Assembly (NCBI GenBank): GCA_965279375.1
Contig: OZ257156.1
Coordinates: 2,528,001-2,592,000 of the forward strand
Source of the DNA: Gemmatimonas sp.
Lineage (GTDB): Bacteria; Gemmatimonadota; Gemmatimonadetes; Gemmatimonadales; Gemmatimonadaceae
Reading direction: 5' to 3'
DNA length: 64,000 nucleotides
Shown: positions 20,095-29,725 of the stretch, piece after piece
How positions within the stretch are numbered: position 1 is the first letter of the stretch
Layout: every line of letters begins with the position of its first letter
The notes under the pieces: model-generated
Database searches by the model: none
Told to the model about the DNA's origin: nothing
What the model saw: only the letters and a program-made list of their open reading frames with translations
Translations under genes and position numbers: made by a program

Positions 20095-21036
20095 CTACGC
20101 GCGAGCGGTCAGAATCCCCGACACTTCACCCACGGTCCACGCCACGAGATACAACAGCACGGCCGGTGAGGCGAGGGCAAAGCGCACGGCGTTTCCCTTC
20201 GCCGCGTGCGCGCGGGCGTGGCGGATCAACACGGTGAACGGAATGAGCGGCCCGGCTGCGCCGAGGACCAGACGCTTGCCGAGTCCAAGCTGTCGGGCAC
20301 GGATCGCGCCGAACAGTCGGCCCCAGTGATAGCGCTCCTGCAGCAGCTGCCCGAGCGGCACCCCTTCGCGATGATGCTCCACTACGAGTTCATTCGAGAG
20401 GAAAAGCGTGTCACCCTGCTGCTGCAGTGACCAGTGCACCACGGGCTCCTGGTACCGCTCGCGCCAGAGCGTGCGCGTCTGTTCCAGCGCGCGTCGCTTG
20501 TACACCACGTTCACGTCGCTCACCCAGTCACGCGGCCCGCTCTCGAACGGCGAGGTGTAACGCGTGAAGTCGCACACGTGCACCGCCCAGCCAGCGAGAC
20601 TCGTCGGCTCCGGATCGATCGCGCCGCCGATCACGCCGTGCGGAAGCGCAGCATGCAGTCGAACCGCCGTGCGGGCCCAGTCATGCCTCGGCGCGCCACG
20701 ATCTTCGACGATCGCGATCAGTTCGCCCGTCGCGGCCGCCAGCCCTGCCGCGCGACGCCGATCGAACAGCTCGTGCTCGCCACCGGCGGAGGTCGCCGGC
20801 TGTTCCGTCGCCACCACGCCGAGCGGCATGAACCGCACGCTCGGGAAATCCGCCGCGAGCGTCACATGCTTCGCGGCCGTCTCGTCGTACGGAACCAGAA
20901 TTTCCATCGGTGGCGCATCGCGCTGCGTCGTCAACGCCGTCAGCAATCGACGGACCGCCGCGCCACCTTCGACAATCGTCACGATCACCGACAGCAGCGG
21001 ATCGGCGGACTGCGCTGCGCTGTGCGGAACCGTCAT
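20095..21036 (-). CDS. GT2-like glycosyltransferase, paralog of 17699-18610
   Basis: LSVIVTI, IAIVEDR, IGGAID, SDVNVVYKR; start coupled to the upstream stop. Confidence 0.75.
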   Translation of the reverse strand: MTVPHSAAQSADPLLSVIVTIVEGGAAVRRLLTALTTQRDAPPMEILVPYDETAAKHVTLAADFPSVRFMPLGVVATEQPATSAGGEHELFDRRRAAGLAAATGELIAIVEDRGAPRHDWARTAVRLHAALPHGVIGGAIDPEPTSLAGWAVHVCDFTRYTSPFESGPRDWVSDVNVVYKRRALEQTRTLWRERYQEPVVHWSLQQQGDTLFLSNELVVEHHREGVPLGQLLQERYHWGRLFGAIRARQLGLGKRLVLGAAGPLIPFTVLIRHARAHAAKGNAVRFALASPAVLLYLVAWTVGEVSGILTARA

Positions 21037-22097
21037 CACGTCCACATGGAGCCGAGTGGTGCGAGGTGCACGGCCTCGCGCGTTGCCGAACTTCGGCGCA
21101 CGGCATCGGCCATCTGCAGCGTTCTCAATCCGGCGTATCCATCGGCCAGCGCGCCACTCGGCTTTCCGGCGATGCGTGCAAGGAAGTCCCGTAGCTCCCC
21201 ATCGAACGTGAGTCGCGTGGTGGTGGTCCACGACTTCAGCTTCTCGCGAATCATCACGTCGAGATAGCGGCGACGCTCCGTCGTGCGTGGCCCGCCCGGC
21301 TTGGCATGCGTGATCACGATGTTCGACATAGGCGCGTAGGAGCCGCGAACCATGCCGAGTGGTCCGTACACCTCGATGGCGGCCTGATATCCCTTCCACT
21401 CGGTCCACGTGGCTTCGTACGTGGCCGCGACGCCCGCCGCGTTGCGGAACACGGCGACCGCGTTGTCTTCCGAGCCCGGCACGTTCCAGATGGATTCCGA
21501 CATCATGCCGTACACATCGGTGACTTCGCCGAGGAAGTAGCGCGCGAGGTCGGACATGTGAATGCCGACATCCATCATCGCGCCGCCGCCCGACACGGGC
21601 GACTTGTATTGCCAGTCAGCGCGGAAGTTGGCGAGGCCGTCATGGCCGCCGAAGATCCGGATGTGATCGATCGGTCCGATGCGACCGGCGTCCACCACCT
21701 CCCGCACGTACTGCATCGCGGGGTAGTAGCGCAGGTTGAAGCCCACGGCGAGAATGCGATTGGCCTTCTGTGCGGCGGCGATGATGCGTTCGCACGATGC
21801 GATCGTGTTCGACAGCGGCTTCTCGCACAGCACGTGCAGTCCCTTGTCGAACGCGGCCAGGCACTGCTCCTCGTGCAGCTGAATCGGCGACGAGATGACC
21901 GCGGCGTCCATTGGCTCGCGCAGAAACGCGTCCATGTCCGACACGGCGACCGCGCTGCTCCCCTTGATTGCGGCGGCGGCTGCCCCCGGCGACACGTCGC
22001 ACACCGCGACCAGCTCGCTCGCCGGACCTTCGCGGATGCTGTCGGCTCGCAGCCGGCCAATCGTGCCCGCGCCCACCACGCCCAGTCTCATCGTCAT
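21036..22097 (-). CDS. Gfo/Idh/MocA family NAD-dependent oxidoreductase (sugar dehydrogenase)
   Basis: GVVGAGTIG, HVLCEKP, VGFNLRY, GGGAMMDVGIH. Confidence 0.92.
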   Translation of the reverse strand: MTMRLGVVGAGTIGRLRADSIREGPASELVAVCDVSPGAAAAAIKGSSAVAVSDMDAFLREPMDAAVISSPIQLHEEQCLAAFDKGLHVLCEKPLSNTIASCERIIAAAQKANRILAVGFNLRYYPAMQYVREVVDAGRIGPIDHIRIFGGHDGLANFRADWQYKSPVSGGGAMMDVGIHMSDLARYFLGEVTDVYGMMSESIWNVPGSEDNAVAVFRNAAGVAATYEATWTEWKGYQAAIEVYGPLGMVRGSYAPMSNIVITHAKPGGPRTTERRRYLDVMIREKLKSWTTTTRLTFDGELRDFLARIAGKPSGALADGYAGLRTLQMADAVRRSSATREAVHLAPLGSMWT

Positions 22098-22222
22098 TCA
22101 AAACTCTGCTTGCGCCGAAGTCGGCAGCGAAAAGGTTCAGGGTCGTCGTCGCGCGCCGTCAGAGGGCGCTGCACGACTGCGCAGTCACAGAAGAGGGACT
22201 CCGGCCGGAGCGAGCCGTAACG

Positions 22223-22229
22223 TATAATA
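22223..22229. promoter_or_regulatory. Overlapping divergent -10 elements
   Basis: TATAAT (+, 22223-22228) and TATTAT (-, 22229-22224) in the divergent gap between the Gfo/Idh/MocA and GT4 genes. Confidence 0.45.
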
Positions 22230-22349
22230 TCTGCGTTCGTCCAACACCGGCGGCACCGAGCACCGTGTCCTCGCGGCGGGCGGTCGCAACCGGCGGCACT
22301 CACCCCCGGTGCGCGGCGTTGGCGAGGTCATTGCGCGAGGAGCGTGGGG

Positions 22350-23564
22350 ATGGGAGCAGAAGGGAGACAGCAGACGCGAGGTCTGCGCATCGGCGTCGAT
22401 GCGTCGTGCTGGGCCAACGAGCGTGGCTACGGCCGATTCACGCAGGAACTGCTCCGCGAAATGGTCCGCATGGCCCCCGAACACACGTTCGTGTGCTTCG
22501 TCGACGAGGCGGTGGAGCGTCGCTGGGATCTCATCGCCCCGAACGTCACGGTCGTGCGCGTGCCGCAATCGGTTACGCCGACCGACGCCGCGCACGCCGA
22601 CGGCAATCGAGGGCCCGCCGACATCCTGCGCTTCTCGCGCGCCGTCTGGGGTGAACGGCTCGATGTGTTCTTCTCCCCCAGCGTGTACACGTACTTTCCG
22701 CTCCCGCCTGGACTCCCGGCGGTCGTCACGGTACACGACGCCATCGCGGAACGCTTCCCCGAGCTCACGCTGCCCAGTGGACGCGCGCGGCTTTTCTGGA
22801 AGGCGAAGGTCTGGCTTGCGCTCGCGCAGTGTCGCATCGTGCTCACCGTCAGCGACTATGCCGCGCGTGATATCGTCGAAGTGCTCGGCGTGGCGCGCTC
22901 GCGCCTGCGCGTGGCCGTGGAAGCGCCCGCTGCGGTGTATACGCCGAGTGCGCCGGCTGACGTGGCTGCGGCAGCCATCAGAGTCGGGCTACCACCGGGC
23001 GCACGCTGGATCACCTACGTGGGGGGATTCAGTCCGCACAAGCGAGTGCCGGCCATCGTGAGAGCGCACGGCGTGCTGGCCGCACAGTTGGGAAGCGCGG
23101 CTCCCCATCTGCTGCTCGTCGGCAAACTCAGTGGCGACGCCTTTCTGAGTAATCATCAGGACATTCGGGACGCCATTGCGACAGCTGGCACGGAAGCGCT
23201 CGTCCACTGGACCGGGTTCCTCCCCGACGAGGAGCTACGGCATCTGCACAGCGGTGGGCTGGCGTTGGTGCTGCCGTCGCTGGCCGAAGGCTTCGGACTA
23301 CCCGCGGTCGAAGCGGCCGCGTGCGGTTCGCCGGTCATCGCGACGACCGCCAGTCCGCTCCCGGAGCTGTTGCACGGCGCAGGGCTCTTCGTGGATCCCC
23401 ACGATGAACCCGCGCTGGCGAATGCGATGCTGCAACTCGCCACGGATGACGCGGCACGCGCCCAGATGGCGGCGCTCGCGATCATCCGCACCGATGCGCT
23501 GACGTGGAGCCGCGCCTCCCGTGTCACGCTCGACGCGCTTGCGGAGGCAGTCGGCGGGCGCTGA
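22350..23564 (+). CDS. GT4 (GT-B) glycosyltransferase
   Basis: IGVDAS, VTVHD, VGGFSPHKR, PSLAEGFGLPAVEAAACGSPV; GAGGAG RBS. Confidence 0.92.
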   Translation: MGAEGRQQTRGLRIGVDASCWANERGYGRFTQELLREMVRMAPEHTFVCFVDEAVERRWDLIAPNVTVVRVPQSVTPTDAAHADGNRGPADILRFSRAVWGERLDVFFSPSVYTYFPLPPGLPAVVTVHDAIAERFPELTLPSGRARLFWKAKVWLALAQCRIVLTVSDYAARDIVEVLGVARSRLRVAVEAPAAVYTPSAPADVAAAAIRVGLPPGARWITYVGGFSPHKRVPAIVRAHGVLAAQLGSAAPHLLLVGKLSGDAFLSNHQDIRDAIATAGTEALVHWTGFLPDEELRHLHSGGLALVLPSLAEGFGLPAVEAAACGSPVIATTASPLPELLHGAGLFVDPHDEPALANAMLQLATDDAARAQMAALAIIRTDALTWSRASRVTLDALAEAVGGR

Positions 23565-23653
23565 CCTGCACGGCGTCGCGAACCTGGAGGTGATGGGTCT
23601 GCTCGTCGTCAGCGCGAGCGCGTCATCAGCGCCGCGTCCGCGACGATCGTTGG

Positions 23654-25243
23654 TCAGCGACGGAACGAACGTCGGAACTCAGTGAGCGCGTCGCAGGCGT
23701 TATCGCGCGCGTCCGGATTTGATCGCGTGGCCAGCACGACGCTTCCTTCAGGAAACTTCTGCGCCAGCGTGAAATCGGCACAGGACGCGATCAGCCCATC
23801 CGCGAGAGAAACCGTTTCAAAGTCGTGGAGCGGCGTCAGCACGACGTAGCCGATGCCACGGCTGCGTACCATGGCACCGAACTGCTCGGGCGGTGCCTGC
23901 TTCACGATGAGCGCGCTCTCGACTCGTCGCTTGCTCAGGAACGCCACCGAACTGGCACGCCAGGCCAGCGCGTTCGCCGTTGGTGCCGTGTTCGCCGCCA
24001 GGTATTGCGAGGCCAGAATCATATCACGCGTCTTCGCGTCGTAACACTGCGGCTTGTCGTACGGATCGCTGCGGTCGCACTGCGAGCGGTCGACCACGAG
24101 ACTGCGAGTGCCCGTCGCACTGCAGTAGACCAGCACCAGGAGAAACGCGACGCGCACCGGCGGTCGCCACCGCGCTGTCAGGTACTGGGTCAGGCTCCAC
24201 ATGCCGTACACGACGGCCAGCACGACGAGCGGTACCGCCGGCACCGTCAGTCGGCTGTCACGATACGGGAATGCGAAGACGACCCCCGCATAGCAGATCA
24301 GGTACAGTGCCGCCGCGCGCCACCGCTTCCAGAGCAGCCACAGGCCAAAGGGCAGTCCGACGTAGAACAGCAGCAGCAACGGCAAGACGCGCAGTGTGGC
24401 GGTCGACCCTGAGCGCAGCCACATGTCGGCCGGCAGCGCGTAGAGCAGGTACTCCTTCGCGCCAAGCAACACGCGCGTGATGAACCCGATCTGCTCTCGC
24501 GCGGCAGCCGGCACCCCGGTGAGCCCCAGATCGAACGCGTACGAGCGCACCGAGGGTTCGATGGCTTGAACGCGCCACACATAGGTGAACCATCCACCGA
24601 CCGCGGCCGCAGAAACGATCGCGAAGAACAGCCATTCACGATTCCGACGGGTGCCCAGGAGCAACCAGAGGCCAATCGCGGCGACCATCGCGATGCCGGC
24701 GGTGCGCGTCAAAAAGCACACGGCCGACAACAAAATCGCCACGTAGCTCCAGCCGCGCGCACCGGAGTCCGCGCGGAGCGCCGCAATGAGCGTCAGTACG
24801 CTCAGGAGCAGGAAGAGCGACTCCGAGTAGTACGAACCGGCGAGCCGCAGCACGCCACGGTTAATGCACAACAGAAACAGCGGCGCGATAGCCAGCCATC
24901 CTCCGTGTATGCCGTCCGCCCATCCACTTCGGACCGTGCGCCCGGCGACGCAGAGCAACACCATCGCCGTCGCGGCGAGCACCAGATTCACCGCTGGAAT
25001 CAGCTCCAGCTTCTCCTGCACGACGGAACGCGCGACGGCAAGAAAGATCGGATAGCCGGGCGGGTACTTGATGTGCAGAGGTGCGCTGGGACGATAGACC
25101 TCCCGATACGTTCCCTGCCGCACAGCATCGCTGAGCGAGAAGTACGTCAGCTCATCGCCAGATCGCAGCTCGACCTTCGATCGGCCGGCCCACCCAATCG
25201 CGACAAACAGACAGGCGAGCAGCACCACGACGGCGATCTGCAT
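23654..25243 (-). CDS. Second GT-C fold (ArnT/PMT-like) membrane glycosyltransferase (start uncertain)
   Basis: GDELTY, KYPPGYP, YSESLF, LTRTAG, RL motif; about 11 TM helices and a C-terminal external domain. Confidence 0.68.
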   Translation of the reverse strand: MQIAVVVLLACLFVAIGWAGRSKVELRSGDELTYFSLSDAVRQGTYREVYRPSAPLHIKYPPGYPIFLAVARSVVQEKLELIPAVNLVLAATAMVLLCVAGRTVRSGWADGIHGGWLAIAPLFLLCINRGVLRLAGSYYSESLFLLLSVLTLIAALRADSGARGWSYVAILLSAVCFLTRTAGIAMVAAIGLWLLLGTRRNREWLFFAIVSAAAVGGWFTYVWRVQAIEPSVRSYAFDLGLTGVPAAAREQIGFITRVLLGAKEYLLYALPADMWLRSGSTATLRVLPLLLLFYVGLPFGLWLLWKRWRAAALYLICYAGVVFAFPYRDSRLTVPAVPLVVLAVVYGMWSLTQYLTARWRPPVRVAFLLVLVYCSATGTRSLVVDRSQCDRSDPYDKPQCYDAKTRDMILASQYLAANTAPTANALAWRASSVAFLSKRRVESALIVKQAPPEQFGAMVRSRGIGYVVLTPLHDFETVSLADGLIASCADFTLAQKFPEGSVVLATRSNPDARDNACDALTEFRRSFRR

Positions 25244-25515
25244 CGGTCGCACGAAGCGACCCCCGAAGTCGCCGGCTAACGCGCCACCTTCGGCCACGGC
25301 TGCTTTGGGCCCACGTATCGCGGCCGGTGGGCCATCTATCAACGTATGCTCTCCAGATCGAGAATTTCGCGGACGCGACGCGTTCGGCTGCATATTGTAG
25401 CCGCCGCGTCCGCCGATCGCACGCATCGGAGAAGCTGCGCGGATCGCCACCCGTCTTCCACCGTCCTCGCGCTAAGATTTCCGCGAGGCCGCCCAGACCC
25501 GAGGACTGATCGACG

Positions 25516-26751
25516 TTGACCAAGGCTCCGCTCCGTTTCGCGATGGTGACCACCTTCTATCCGCCGTACAACTTCGGTGGTGACGGAATGGGGATCCTGC
25601 GCTTGGCGCAGGCATTGGTGCGCCGCGGTCACAGTGTGACAGTCATCCACGATGGTGATGCGTACATCACCTTGGCAGGTCGAGCGCCGTCGGCGGGATT
25701 CGCCGATGACGGGGTCGAAGTTGTGACACTGCGAAGCCAACTGGGCGCGGTGTCGAACCTGCTGACGCAGCAGACAGGTCGGCCGGTGGTCCACGGAGCG
25801 CGCATCAAGGAGGTGCTGGACGCAGGGCGTTTCGATGTGACGGTCTTCAACAACATCTCGCTGGTCGGAGGCCCCGGCATCCTTCGCTACGGCGTGGGCG
25901 CGACGATCTATCTCGCGCACGAGCATTGGCTGGTCTGCCCATCCCACGTGCTCTGGCGACACGGCCGCGAAGTGTGCACGGGGAAGGAATGTCTCCGCTG
26001 CGTCCTGAGCTATCGCCGGCCGCCGCAACTCTGGCGCTATACGGGGCTGCTGGAGCGCGAACTGCGACATGTCGACCGCTTCGTGGCGATGAGTGAGTTC
26101 AGCAAGGCCAAGCACAAGGAGTTCGGATTCTCCCGCGATATGACGGTGGTGCCGTACTTCCTACCCGATGCCGACGACGCACCGGTCGTCGCCGCCGACG
26201 CCTCACCGCACGATCGCCCGTACTTCCTGTTCGTAGGACGACTCGAGAAGATCAAGGGTCTCGACGACGTCCTGCCGGTCTTCGATCGCTTCGACCGGGC
26301 GGATCTCCTCATCGCCGGCGACGGCGAGTACACGGCCACGCTCAAGGCGATCGCTGGCGACAATCCGCGCATCAAGTTCCTCGGTCGCGTCACACCGACC
26401 GACCTGTCGCGCTACTACCGCCATGCGGCCGCGCTGCTCGTGCCCAGCGTCTGCTTCGAAACGTTCGGCATCATCATCATCGAGGCATTCAGGCAGGGCA
26501 CGCCGGTGGTGGCGCGTCGCATCGGCCCGTTTCCTGAACTGCTCGATCACGCCGGCGCCGGCGACCTCTTCGACTCGCCGGAACAGCTCGAGGCGGCGCT
26601 GCATCAGTACCTCGACGACCCCGATCGACGCGCGCGACTCAGTGCCGCCGCAGTCAAGGCATTCAAGGAGACATGGTCCGAGACGGCGGTCATTCCGCGC
26701 TTCATGCAGGTCGTCTCCGAGGCCCGCATCGCGTCGGAGATGCGCGACTAA
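25516..26751 (+). CDS. GT4 glycosyltransferase with Cys-rich insert
   Basis: TTFYPP..GG, HEHWLVCP..C..C..C, FVGRLEKIKG, ETFGIIIIEAF. Confidence 0.9.
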   Translation: MTKAPLRFAMVTTFYPPYNFGGDGMGILRLAQALVRRGHSVTVIHDGDAYITLAGRAPSAGFADDGVEVVTLRSQLGAVSNLLTQQTGRPVVHGARIKEVLDAGRFDVTVFNNISLVGGPGILRYGVGATIYLAHEHWLVCPSHVLWRHGREVCTGKECLRCVLSYRRPPQLWRYTGLLERELRHVDRFVAMSEFSKAKHKEFGFSRDMTVVPYFLPDADDAPVVAADASPHDRPYFLFVGRLEKIKGLDDVLPVFDRFDRADLLIAGDGEYTATLKAIAGDNPRIKFLGRVTPTDLSRYYRHAAALLVPSVCFETFGIIIIEAFRQGTPVVARRIGPFPELLDHAGAGDLFDSPEQLEAALHQYLDDPDRRARLSAAAVKAFKETWSETAVIPRFMQVVSEARIASEMRD

Positions 26752-27491
26752 CCGCGCGCCAACCGCTCCCGCACCGCGCGCAGTGCACGCCGCAACGCGA
26801 AGTACCCCTCGGCGCGCCCATCGAGATACGCGCGCCACTGAAGCACGTCGCGGAAGTAGTGCATCTCGATGCGCGGGAGATCGTGCGGATCATCGCGGCG
26901 CGTGACGCGCGCGAGTCGAGTACCGCAGGACACCGCGTAGGTCTTCTTCGCTTCGGCGATGACCGCAGCGTTCGTCGCGCCGTAGGGCGGCGCAAAGCTC
27001 GTTGGGGCCACGCCCAACTCGCGCGTGATGTCCGCGTGCACCTGTTGCACTTCGCGCCTCAGCGCATCCGCGGTCAACGTGGTCAGCTTGGCATGGGTCA
27101 CACTGTGACCGCCAAAATCGAACCCCGCAGCGGACAGCTCGCGCACCTGCGTCCACGGCATCAAGAGTCGCGACGGTGTCGCCAGCTCACCGGGCCAGTT
27201 CGCCGGCCCGCCCATCTTCTCGCTCGGCAGAAACACCGTCGCCGGCCATCCGCGCGCCTTGAGAATCGGCGCAGCTTCGGTCGCGAAATCCACGAAGCCG
27301 TCATCGAAGGTGATGGCCACCGACTTCTCGGGCAGCGATAGCGTACCCGCAATCCATGGCGCCACGTCGGCCACCGGCACCACGCGGTAGCCGGCCTCGT
27401 GGAGCGCGTCCATCTGCCCGCGAAAGACGCTCGCCGGAATGCTCGTGGGACCTGGATCGTCCGAGATCGAGTGATACGTGAGAATCTGCAC
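26748..27491 (-). CDS. Polysaccharide deacetylase (IcaB/NodB-like)
   Basis: ILTYHSI, ITFDDG, GGHSVTH, FAPPYG; GTG start 7 nt after TAGATT. Confidence 0.9.
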   Translation of the reverse strand: MQILTYHSISDDPGPTSIPASVFRGQMDALHEAGYRVVPVADVAPWIAGTLSLPEKSVAITFDDGFVDFATEAAPILKARGWPATVFLPSEKMGGPANWPGELATPSRLLMPWTQVRELSAAGFDFGGHSVTHAKLTTLTADALRREVQQVHADITRELGVAPTSFAPPYGATNAAVIAEAKKTYAVSCGTRLARVTRRDDPHDLPRIEMHYFRDVLQWRAYLDGRAEGYFALRRALRAVRERLARG

Positions 27492-27497
27492 AGGGCA

Positions 27498-27541
27498 GAA
27501 TCTACGACGATTCGGCGACGATTCTACGGCGATTCTACCGC
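27498..27541. repeat. Four tandem imperfect 11-bp direct repeats
   Basis: GAATCTACGAC / GATTCGGCGAC / GATTCTACGGC / GATTCTACCGC. Confidence 0.8.
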
Positions 27542-27567
27542 GATCTGCTTCCGGCCGCCGCGCGACG

Positions 27568-28263
27568 CTACGACTTGGCGGACGGCATGCCATCTCTCGC
27601 AACCAGCGCGCACTGCCTTCGCTGCGGGCATTGCGTGCAGTGCGCGACGCGGGCGGTGCACACCAGCGCGCCCAATTCGATCAACGCCTGATTGTGCGTC
27701 CAGCTGTCCTTGCCGCTGCGCGGCAGCGTCGCCTCAGCCAAGGCCCACGCCACCTGCTGGCCGAGCGCGCTCTTGGGCGCGAAGGAGGGGGCAAACATGC
27801 GTAGCAGCAGCCGGGCCACGTTGGTGTCCACCAACGGCGCACGGCGCTCGTAGGCGAAACTTGCCACGGCACCCGCCGTGTACGCACCGATCCCGGGCAG
27901 CGCACGCAGCTCGATCGGGTTGGACGGAATGACGGCGTTGGTCTCGCCATGCGGCACCACAGCGTGCGCCAGCTTGTGCAGATTGCGCGCTCGTGCGTAG
28001 TAGCCCAGCCCCTCCCACGCTTCCAGCACCTGACCCACCGGCGCCTCGGCCAGCGCGTGGACCGTCGGAAAGCGATCGAGGAAGCGTGCGTAATAGTCGA
28101 TCACGCGCGACACCTGCGTCTGCTGCAGCATCAGCTCCGAGACCAGCACCTCGTACGGATCTCGCGTCCGACGCCACGGCAGATCGCGCGCGTTGCGACG
28201 GAACCACGCGCGCAGTCGTCGACCAAAGGCGCGCAACTCGTCTTCACCGATCGCTGCCACCAC
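27568..28263 (-). CDS. mutY: A/G-specific adenine glycosylase, short form (start uncertain; alternative CTG at 28338)
   Basis: RDLPWR, SELMLQQTQV, WEGLGYYARARNL, LPGIGAYTAGAV, VDTNV, C-x6-C-x2-C-x5-C FeS motif. Confidence 0.9.
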   Translation of the reverse strand: MVAAIGEDELRAFGRRLRAWFRRNARDLPWRRTRDPYEVLVSELMLQQTQVSRVIDYYARFLDRFPTVHALAEAPVGQVLEAWEGLGYYARARNLHKLAHAVVPHGETNAVIPSNPIELRALPGIGAYTAGAVASFAYERRAPLVDTNVARLLLRMFAPSFAPKSALGQQVAWALAEATLPRSGKDSWTHNQALIELGALVCTARVAHCTQCPQRRQCALVARDGMPSAKS

Positions 28264-28334
28264 GCGCGCCGCCCTCTCCGCATGCGTCGCGCGCTTCTTT
28301 GTGCTCTTCTTCGCCGCTGTCTTCTTCGCAGGAC

Positions 28335-29609
28335 TCAGCTGACGCTCCGGGTCTTCTTGCGCAGGAAGTCCATCAGCACGAACTGCCCGAGCGACATCGT
28401 GTTGGTGAAGTACGCCTTGCCGCGACTGATCTCGCTCATGCGCTTGACGAACTCCACCAGCGCCCGATCTCGCGCCAGCATGAACGTGTTGATCATGATG
28501 TTGCTCTTCCGGCACGCCGCTACTTCACGCAGCGTCTCCGCAATCACGTACCCGTCCAGCCCCATTGAATTCTTGTAGATCTGACCATCGGGCATGCTCA
28601 ACGCACTCGGCTTGCCGTCGGTGATCATGATGATCTGGCGCATGTCCTTCTTCTGCGACATGAGAATACGACGCGCCAGCTTGAGCCCTTCGGCCGTGTT
28701 GGTGTGATACGGACCAACCTGCGCCTTGGCGAGCGTCGCAATCGGAATCTCTTCCGCACTGTCATGAAACAGCACCACGCGAATCGTGTCGCCAGGAAAC
28801 TGCGTGCGAATGAGATGGCACAGTGCCAGCGCGACCTTCTTGGCGGGCGTGAAGCGATCCTCGCCGTAGAGAATCATCGAGTGCGACGTGTCGAGCATCA
28901 GCACCGTCGCACAGCTCGATCGATACTCGCTCTGCCGCACCATCAGGTCGCCGTAGTCGAGATCGATCGGCACATCGAGCGTGCCGTTGCGCGCCAGCGC
29001 ATTCGCCAGGGTGCCCGGCACGTCGAGATTGAGCGTATCGCCAAACTCGTACGGCTTGCTCCACGCATCAGACTCCACGCCCGTTGACAGCTGCGGCGTG
29101 TCGTGACTGCCGATGCTCGACTTGCCCAGAGAACCCAGCAAATGGCGCAGTGTCTTGAAGCCGAGGAAGTCGATGCCCTTGTCGGTGAGATTGAACTGCA
29201 CGTCGTTGGCCGCGGCCTGACCGATGGAGCCCTTGCCGGTCACGGGCTGATGGCCGGCCGGCACGGGGCCCGGCTGATCGACCGTGAGAAAGCCATCCTG
29301 TACCAGCCGCTGCACGAGATCGTCCAACAGTTTGGCGAGCTTCTCCTCGGAGAATTCATCTCCCTCGCCACGCAGCGCCTTGAGCATTTCCGGCGTGAGT
29401 TGGCCACTCTCGATCAGCGCCTTCAGAATCGCCTGCTTGAGGGCATCGAGGGAGCGGTCGCCCTCGTCGTCCGGTTCGCCCCAGTAGCCCTGTTCTCCGC
29501 CGGCGAATCCGGACTGGAGCAGATAGTCGGCGAGTTGGTCCAGCAACCCCTGCAGGTCGACGGCATCGGCCAGCTGCGGGTTGAACTTGGTGTACGTGTG
29601 GAATCGCAT
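28335..29609 (-). CDS. VWA domain-containing protein (partner of the chelatase-like AAA+ ATPase)
   Basis: MIDAS DTSHS, TNTAEG, MITDGKP. Confidence 0.9.
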   Translation of the reverse strand: MRFHTYTKFNPQLADAVDLQGLLDQLADYLLQSGFAGGEQGYWGEPDDEGDRSLDALKQAILKALIESGQLTPEMLKALRGEGDEFSEEKLAKLLDDLVQRLVQDGFLTVDQPGPVPAGHQPVTGKGSIGQAAANDVQFNLTDKGIDFLGFKTLRHLLGSLGKSSIGSHDTPQLSTGVESDAWSKPYEFGDTLNLDVPGTLANALARNGTLDVPIDLDYGDLMVRQSEYRSSCATVLMLDTSHSMILYGEDRFTPAKKVALALCHLIRTQFPGDTIRVVLFHDSAEEIPIATLAKAQVGPYHTNTAEGLKLARRILMSQKKDMRQIIMITDGKPSALSMPDGQIYKNSMGLDGYVIAETLREVAACRKSNIMINTFMLARDRALVEFVKRMSEISRGKAYFTNTMSLGQFVLMDFLRKKTRSVS

Positions 29610-29725
29610 CGCCAACGCTCCGGGGCGCTCAGCGCCCGGCACAGGAAGTGTCCGTGGGACGCATCCGAACCGTCAGCGCTCAGCCGCTGCCAGTTCGTCG
29701 CGCAACCCATCATCATTGTGTACGC

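Noticed and set aside
23586..23685. GGAGG followed by a 30-codon plus-strand ORF
   Set aside because: SD-to-ATG spacing is only 2 nt, it overlaps the convergent gene, and the peptide is featureless.
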